From sequence record DRR378314_995: a stretch of DNA of 43,958 bases, one strand, 5' to 3'. Below are positions 39,496 to 43,958 of the stretch, piece after piece; position 1 is the first letter of the stretch; every line of letters begins with the position of its first letter. Under the pieces are notes generated by a model that did no database searches, was not told the DNA's origin, and was given only the letters and a program-made list of their open reading frames with translations. Made by a program: the position numbers and the translations under genes.

Positions 39496-40313
39496 GAAAG
39501 CCCCAGCGCGCCCGGCAGATCGGGCACAAGAAGAAGTGCAATGGAACCCAAAATTCCCACGGCTCCCAAGCCATCCACCCGATCCAGTACGCCTCCATGA
39601 CCGGGCAGCAGATTACTTGAATCTTTTACCTTGAACCGCCGCTTCAAACCACTTTCAAACAAATCGCCGAATTGCGCTGTCGCCGAGAGCGCAAATCCAG
39701 TCGCGATCCACCATACTGAATTCACTTCGAGTATGTCCGCAGCAGCAAAACCGCAAACAGCCGTGAACAGCAGAGCGCCAATTGCGCCGCTCCAAGTTTT
39801 GTTCGGGCTCTCTTGAGGCAACAAACGGGGCCCACCAAGACCACGCCCCACGAAATACGCCGCAGCATCCGAGGCCCACACGAAGGACATGAAGTATAGC
39901 GCGACAGCACGTCCATCCCACGGACCTTCCCGAAGCACCCAGAGCCCGGCAGCCATGCCAGTAACATATACCCAGCCCAATACTGAGACGGAACGTATCC
40001 GCACGTTGCCCGCTCGCGAAGCGAACGTGAGTGCCAGGCCAAACACAGCAATTGAAATCAGGACGGCTGGCATCTTGAGTGGCAGGGCCAAGCAAAACAG
40101 ACTGGTGGCCAGCCCTATCAGTCCCCCACGCGGATGACCGCTCATCCCTGCCCATTCCCAAGCCATGATCGCCCCAAAAAAAGCGCATGCGGCGGCTAAC
40201 CACCAACCACCATTCCATACGACGAACAGGCCCGTGGGTATGAGAACTGCGGCTGTCAGTAGCCGTTGGCCAAGTTGAGAGAAACGCCGTTCGGGCGATG
40301 TCCAGTCGCCCAT
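39492..40313 (-). CDS. cdsA: Phosphatidate cytidylyltransferase
   Basis: WASDAAAYFVGR, SPNKTWSG, GDLFES.LKR...VKDS..LLPGHGGVLDRVD. Confidence 0.95.
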   Translation of the reverse strand: MGDWTSPERRFSQLGQRLLTAAVLIPTGLFVVWNGGWWLAAACAFFGAIMAWEWAGMSGHPRGGLIGLATSLFCLALPLKMPAVLISIAVFGLALTFASRAGNVRIRSVSVLGWVYVTGMAAGLWVLREGPWDGRAVALYFMSFVWASDAAAYFVGRGLGGPRLLPQESPNKTWSGAIGALLFTAVCGFAAADILEVNSVWWIATGFALSATAQFGDLFESGLKRRFKVKDSSNLLPGHGGVLDRVDGLGAVGILGSIALLLVPDLPGALGLS

Positions 40314-41074
40314 TAGTTATCCTCCGGCGTCACGCCGCCGAAGCGACGCTCCCTCTCGCGAAACATTTCTACAGCTTTCATAAGCCAGACCTGGTCGAAG
40401 TCAGGCCACAAAACATCGAAGAAGACGAGTTCGCTATACGCTGCCTGCCACAGTAAAAAATTGCTGAGGCGATACTCTCCACTTGTTCGGATGAGCAGGT
40501 CCGGATCTGGCATACCCGCAGTATCAAGGTAGCTCGCAACCAAGTCTTCAGTAACATCAGATGAAGCGTGAACGCCGCTCCCAACGTCTGCTGCCAACCG
40601 CTTTACAGCTCGGGCAATCTCTTCCCTGCCACCATAATTGAAGGCTATGTTTAGAAAGAAAGTGTCGTTCTCGGCAGTTTCGAACTCTGCCTTGTCAACC
40701 AGCTCGGAAATATCTTTGGGAAGGCCTTCCCGGCGCCCAATAACCCGAATTTTGACGCCCTCTCGCTTCAAACGGCTCAAGTCTTTCTGAATGAAAAGCT
40801 TGAGCAGCCCGAAAAGGGCATTCACTTCAGAAGCAGGCCTACGCCAGTTCTCCGTCGAGAACGAGTAAACCGTCAAATATCGGATACCAATATCCGCGGC
40901 GCCCTCTACCGTGCGCCTGAGGGCCTCAACCCCGCGCTCATGGCCGGAGGCTCGTGGTAATCCGCGAGCCTTCGCCCAGCGGCCATTACCATCCATGATA
41001 ATAGCAATATGTTTCGGAACGTCAGAACGGACCGTGTCAATCGCAGATGTCACAGAGGCATCTTCATTCGACAT
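40313..41074 (-). CDS. uppS: Undecaprenyl diphosphate synthase
   Basis: HIAIIMDGNGRWA, FSTENWRRP, YGGREE, DLLIRTSGEYRLSNFLLWQ, RRFGG. Confidence 0.97.
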   Translation of the reverse strand: MSNEDASVTSAIDTVRSDVPKHIAIIMDGNGRWAKARGLPRASGHERGVEALRRTVEGAADIGIRYLTVYSFSTENWRRPASEVNALFGLLKLFIQKDLSRLKREGVKIRVIGRREGLPKDISELVDKAEFETAENDTFFLNIAFNYGGREEIARAVKRLAADVGSGVHASSDVTEDLVASYLDTAGMPDPDLLIRTSGEYRLSNFLLWQAAYSELVFFDVLWPDFDQVWLMKAVEMFRERERRFGGVTPEDN

Positions 41075-41628
41075 CAGACCTGCATGATCTCCGCTTCTTT
41101 GCCTTTGAGTGCTTCGTCGACTTTGGCGACATATTGATCAGTCAGTTTTTGAACCTCGTCAGACAAAGAATGAAGACGATCTTCACTGATTTCTCCATCC
41201 TTTTCCATCTTCTTCAGAGCATCCATTCCGTCGCGGCGAATGTTACGAATGGCAACACGCGTAGCTTCAGCGTACTTGCCGGCGACTTTTTGCAACTCTA
41301 TGCGACGCTCTTCATTCAGCGGTGGAATCGGAATGCGGAGATTCTGTCCATCTGTTACGGGGTTAAGCCCCAAGCCCGAATCCCGGATAGCGCGGTCGGT
41401 GGCGCCGACAACTGATTTATCCCACACATTTACAGACAACATGCGGTTATCAGACACCGTCACGGAAGCCACCTGGTTGAGCGGCACGGTAGATCCGTAA
41501 GCTGGCACCATGACAGAATCCAGCAAGTTCACCGATGCACGTCCTGTCCGGAGTCCGCTAAATTCGGTCGAGAGAGACGCCAGTGCGCCCTCCATGCGCC
41601 GTTCAAGATCCTTTTTATTGTAGCTCAT
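41074..41628 (-). CDS. frr: Ribosome recycling factor
   Basis: [37 protein letters not shown]. Confidence 0.97.
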   Translation of the reverse strand: MSYNKKDLERRMEGALASLSTEFSGLRTGRASVNLLDSVMVPAYGSTVPLNQVASVTVSDNRMLSVNVWDKSVVGATDRAIRDSGLGLNPVTDGQNLRIPIPPLNEERRIELQKVAGKYAEATRVAIRNIRRDGMDALKKMEKDGEISEDRLHSLSDEVQKLTDQYVAKVDEALKGKEAEIMQV

Positions 41629-41633
41629 GACAC

Positions 41634-42380
41634 TTACGCTCCATGATTTGTGATTGTTGTGGATGTGCCTTTACCATGCAGAACTTTAAGCAGCGAACCT
41701 TCCTCTTTCAGAGAAAAGACCACGATTGGAATGTTGTTGTCACGCATGAGGCTTACCGCTGACGGGTCCATCACGCGAAGATCCTTGGCCAAGAGCTCCT
41801 GATACCCAACTTCATCGTATCGCGTGGCATTAGCGTCGATCTTGGGATCGGCCGTGTAGACGCCGTCTACCTGCGTTCCCTTCAGCAACGCGTCGCAATT
41901 CATCTCAATCGCCCGGAGAGCTGCGCCGGTATCGGTTGTAAAGAACGGATTTCCGATACCCGCCGCAAATATCACCACGCGACCCTTTTCCATGTGGCGT
42001 TGAGCACGCCGCCGGATATATGGCTCGCAAATCGATTCCATCCGAATTGCAGACTGAACGCGCGTCGGAACACCGATGCTCTCCAAGACGCTTTGCATCG
42101 CCAAAGCGTTCATGATGGTCGCGAGCATACCCATGGAGTCTGCTTGTGCTCGCTCCATACCTTTCGCCGCCCCAGCAACACCGCGGAATATATTCCCTCC
42201 GCCGATAACAAGGCAGATTTCAGAGCCAGAATCCTGAGCCGCCTTGATCGCGTGAGCAAATTTTTCGCAGGTAGGAATATCAATGCCAAATTGCCCAGGC
42301 CCCATGAGTGCCTCGCCGGAGAGCTTCAGCAACACCCTCTTGTATTTCAACGGGTTGGAGTCGGACTCTTCAGCTTGCAT
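41634..42380 (-). CDS. pyrH: UMP kinase
   Basis: [41 protein letters not shown]. Confidence 0.97.
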   Translation of the reverse strand: MQAEESDSNPLKYKRVLLKLSGEALMGPGQFGIDIPTCEKFAHAIKAAQDSGSEICLVIGGGNIFRGVAGAAKGMERAQADSMGMLATIMNALAMQSVLESIGVPTRVQSAIRMESICEPYIRRRAQRHMEKGRVVIFAAGIGNPFFTTDTGAALRAIEMNCDALLKGTQVDGVYTADPKIDANATRYDEVGYQELLAKDLRVMDPSAVSLMRDNNIPIVVFSLKEEGSLLKVLHGKGTSTTITNHGA

Positions 42381-42419
42381 GAGGGGGTTCTCCGGATATG
42401 GCGGCCTTGTATAGGCTCC

Positions 42420-42456
42420 TAAAAGATTCCCGGCCGCCTGTCATGGGCGACCGGGA
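42420..42456 (-). terminator. Probable intrinsic terminator after rpsB-tsf
   Basis: Minus strand TCCCGGTCGCC-N7-GGCGGCCGGGA (one G-U pair) followed by ATCTTTT. Confidence 0.7.
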
Positions 42457-42493
42457 TGTTCAAAGCCCTTTGCGGGCAGAAAGGCAAGCTAGA

Positions 42494-43399
42494 TCAGCTG
42501 CCTTTTGTCATTGAGGCAACTTCATCCGCGAAGTTGTCTTCTTCTTTCTCGACACCTTCGCCCAGCTTGAAGTGCACGAAGCCTTTCAGAGTGGCGCCTT
42601 GTTCCTCAAGGAACTTGCCGACAGTCTGGTCTGGATTCATCACAAAAGGCTGCTCTACGAGGACTACTTCCTTGTAGAATTTCTGCATGCGGCCAACAAT
42701 CATCTTCTCAATGACATTGTCTGGCTTGCCGCTTTCACGTGCCTGCTCGGTCAAAACACGCTTCTCGGCTTCAACGATTGCCGGATCCAGCTCATCGGTC
42801 GTTGCAGCGGCAGGCGATGTGGCAGCAATGTGCATCGCAACCTTGCGACCGATGTCTTCCAGATCACCTGATCCGTCCAGAGCAACCAGAACGCCCACTT
42901 TACCCATGCCCGCAGTTTCGGCGTTGTGGATGTAGGAAGCCACTTTGCCGTCAGCAGTCAGTTTCGCGCTACGGCGAAGAGTCATGTTTTCGCCGATTGT
43001 CGCGATGAGGCGCTTGATCAGATCGTCAACAGTGCCTTCGCCATCCGGCGAACCGGCAGACGACAACGCCTCAACCGATCCATCGGTATCGAGCGCGGCT
43101 TTGGTGATCCCGGCGAGCGCAGTCTGGAACTTTTCGTTCCGCGCCACAAAGTCGGTTTCTGCGTTCAGCTCAACAATGGCGCCTGTTTTGCCGTCTTCAG
43201 AGACTTGAACAGACACAAGACCGTCTGCCGCAGTCCGACCGGACTTCTTCGCGGCTTTCGAGAGGCCTTTTGCGCGCAACCAATCCACGGCTGCAGCTTC
43301 GTCACCATTGTTTTCAACGAGCGCCTTTTTGGCATCCATCATGCCTGCGCCAGTCTTCTCGCGCAGTGCTTTAACAAGCGCAGCGGTAATCTCAGCCAT
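42494..43399 (-). CDS. tsf: Elongation factor Ts
   Basis: [41 protein letters not shown]. Confidence 0.98.
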   Translation of the reverse strand: MAEITAALVKALREKTGAGMMDAKKALVENNGDEAAAVDWLRAKGLSKAAKKSGRTAADGLVSVQVSEDGKTGAIVELNAETDFVARNEKFQTALAGITKAALDTDGSVEALSSAGSPDGEGTVDDLIKRLIATIGENMTLRRSAKLTADGKVASYIHNAETAGMGKVGVLVALDGSGDLEDIGRKVAMHIAATSPAAATTDELDPAIVEAEKRVLTEQARESGKPDNVIEKMIVGRMQKFYKEVVLVEQPFVMNPDQTVGKFLEEQGATLKGFVHFKLGEGVEKEEDNFADEVASMTKGS

Positions 43400-43442
43400 T
43401 GCTGTATTCCTTCAGTTTGGTCTTCAGGTCAGACGCCCTGTC

Positions 43443-43958
43443 TTAGGCGCCTGTTGCGTCTTCAGCGGTTTCACCCTCAGCGGCAACAGCCGCATCAGCT
43501 TCAGCCATGGCGTCTACATCTTCCAGCTCACCAAGGTCTACGCCAAGGCCTGCGGTAGATTCGGCAAGGCCGTCCAGCACGGCGTCCGCAAACAGGTTGC
43601 AGTAGAGAGAAATAGCGCGAGCCGCATCGTCGTTTCCGGCAAAGCCGTAATCCGCATCGGCCGGATCGCAATTCGTGTCGAGTACAGCCACAACCGGGAT
43701 GCCCAGCTTGCGAGCTTCCTGAACGGCGATCGCCTCTTTGTTGGTATCGATCACGATCATTGCAGCCGGGAGACCGCCCATGTCGGCGATACCGCCGAGG
43801 GACATCTGCAGCTTGTCGCGGCGACGCTCCAGATCGAGCAGCTCTTTCTTGGTCAAGCCTTGGCCGCTGCCGCTTTCAAACATCGAATTCAGCTCTTTGA
43901 GCTGTTTGATGGAATTGGACACAGTTGACCAGTTGGTCAGCGTGCCGCCGAGCCAGCG
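43443..43958 (-). CDS. rpsB: 30S ribosomal protein S2 (5' truncated by window edge)
   Basis: [10 protein letters not shown] at the edge, [23 protein letters not shown]; upstream of tsf. Confidence 0.97.
   Translation of the reverse strand, partial: RWLGGTLTNWSTVSNSIKQLKELNSMFESGSGQGLTKKELLDLERRRDKLQMSLGGIADMGGLPAAMIVIDTNKEAIAVQEARKLGIPVVAVLDTNCDPADADYGFAGNDDAARAISLYCNLFADAVLDGLAESTAGLGVDLGELEDVDAMAEADAAVAAEGETAEDATGA

Noticed and set aside
42572..43928. Plus-strand ORFs opposite tsf and rpsB (e.g. 42926-43558, 43308-43928)
   Set aside because: Antisense shadows of highly expressed genes.

Overview
Gene-dense core chromosome of an alphaproteobacterium; gene content and protein style suggest Caulobacterales/Hyphomonadaceae (inference, not a database result). 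In order: pyruvate dehydrogenase operon (pdhA partial, lipoyl-domain-bearing pdhB, DUF5076-like gene, pdhC, small lipoprotein gene, lpdA) running directly into an NRAMP-like transporter + pxpABC (5-oxoprolinase) cassette; the minus-strand rlpA-dac-tmk-holB-tatD-MBL block; tRNA-Ser(UGA) and tRNA-Leu(UAG) enclosing a convergent family III CoA-transferase/crotonase pair; nnr and a histidine phosphatase divergent from glnB-glnA (two NtrC-like boxes); clpP-clpX; an alpha/beta-hydrolase lipoprotein, pirin, M28 peptidase, rlmJ and a stand-alone SelD-N-terminal-like flavoprotein; and the rpsB-tsf-pyrH-frr-uppS-cdsA-dxr-rseP-bamA-skp-lpxD-lpxA-lpxI-lpxB cluster. No mobile element, CRISPR array, prophage or defence system is visible, and I cannot support a clear-cut new system. 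The best leads are two uncharacterised genes translationally coupled inside the PDH operon, the pxp cassette with a non-metal-type NRAMP homolog behind a possible RBS-sequestering RNA switch, a probable pseudo-enzyme RlpA (catalytic Asp replaced by Gln, no lipobox), enlarged BamA surface loops, and several synteny gaps (fabZ, metG, tig, lon).
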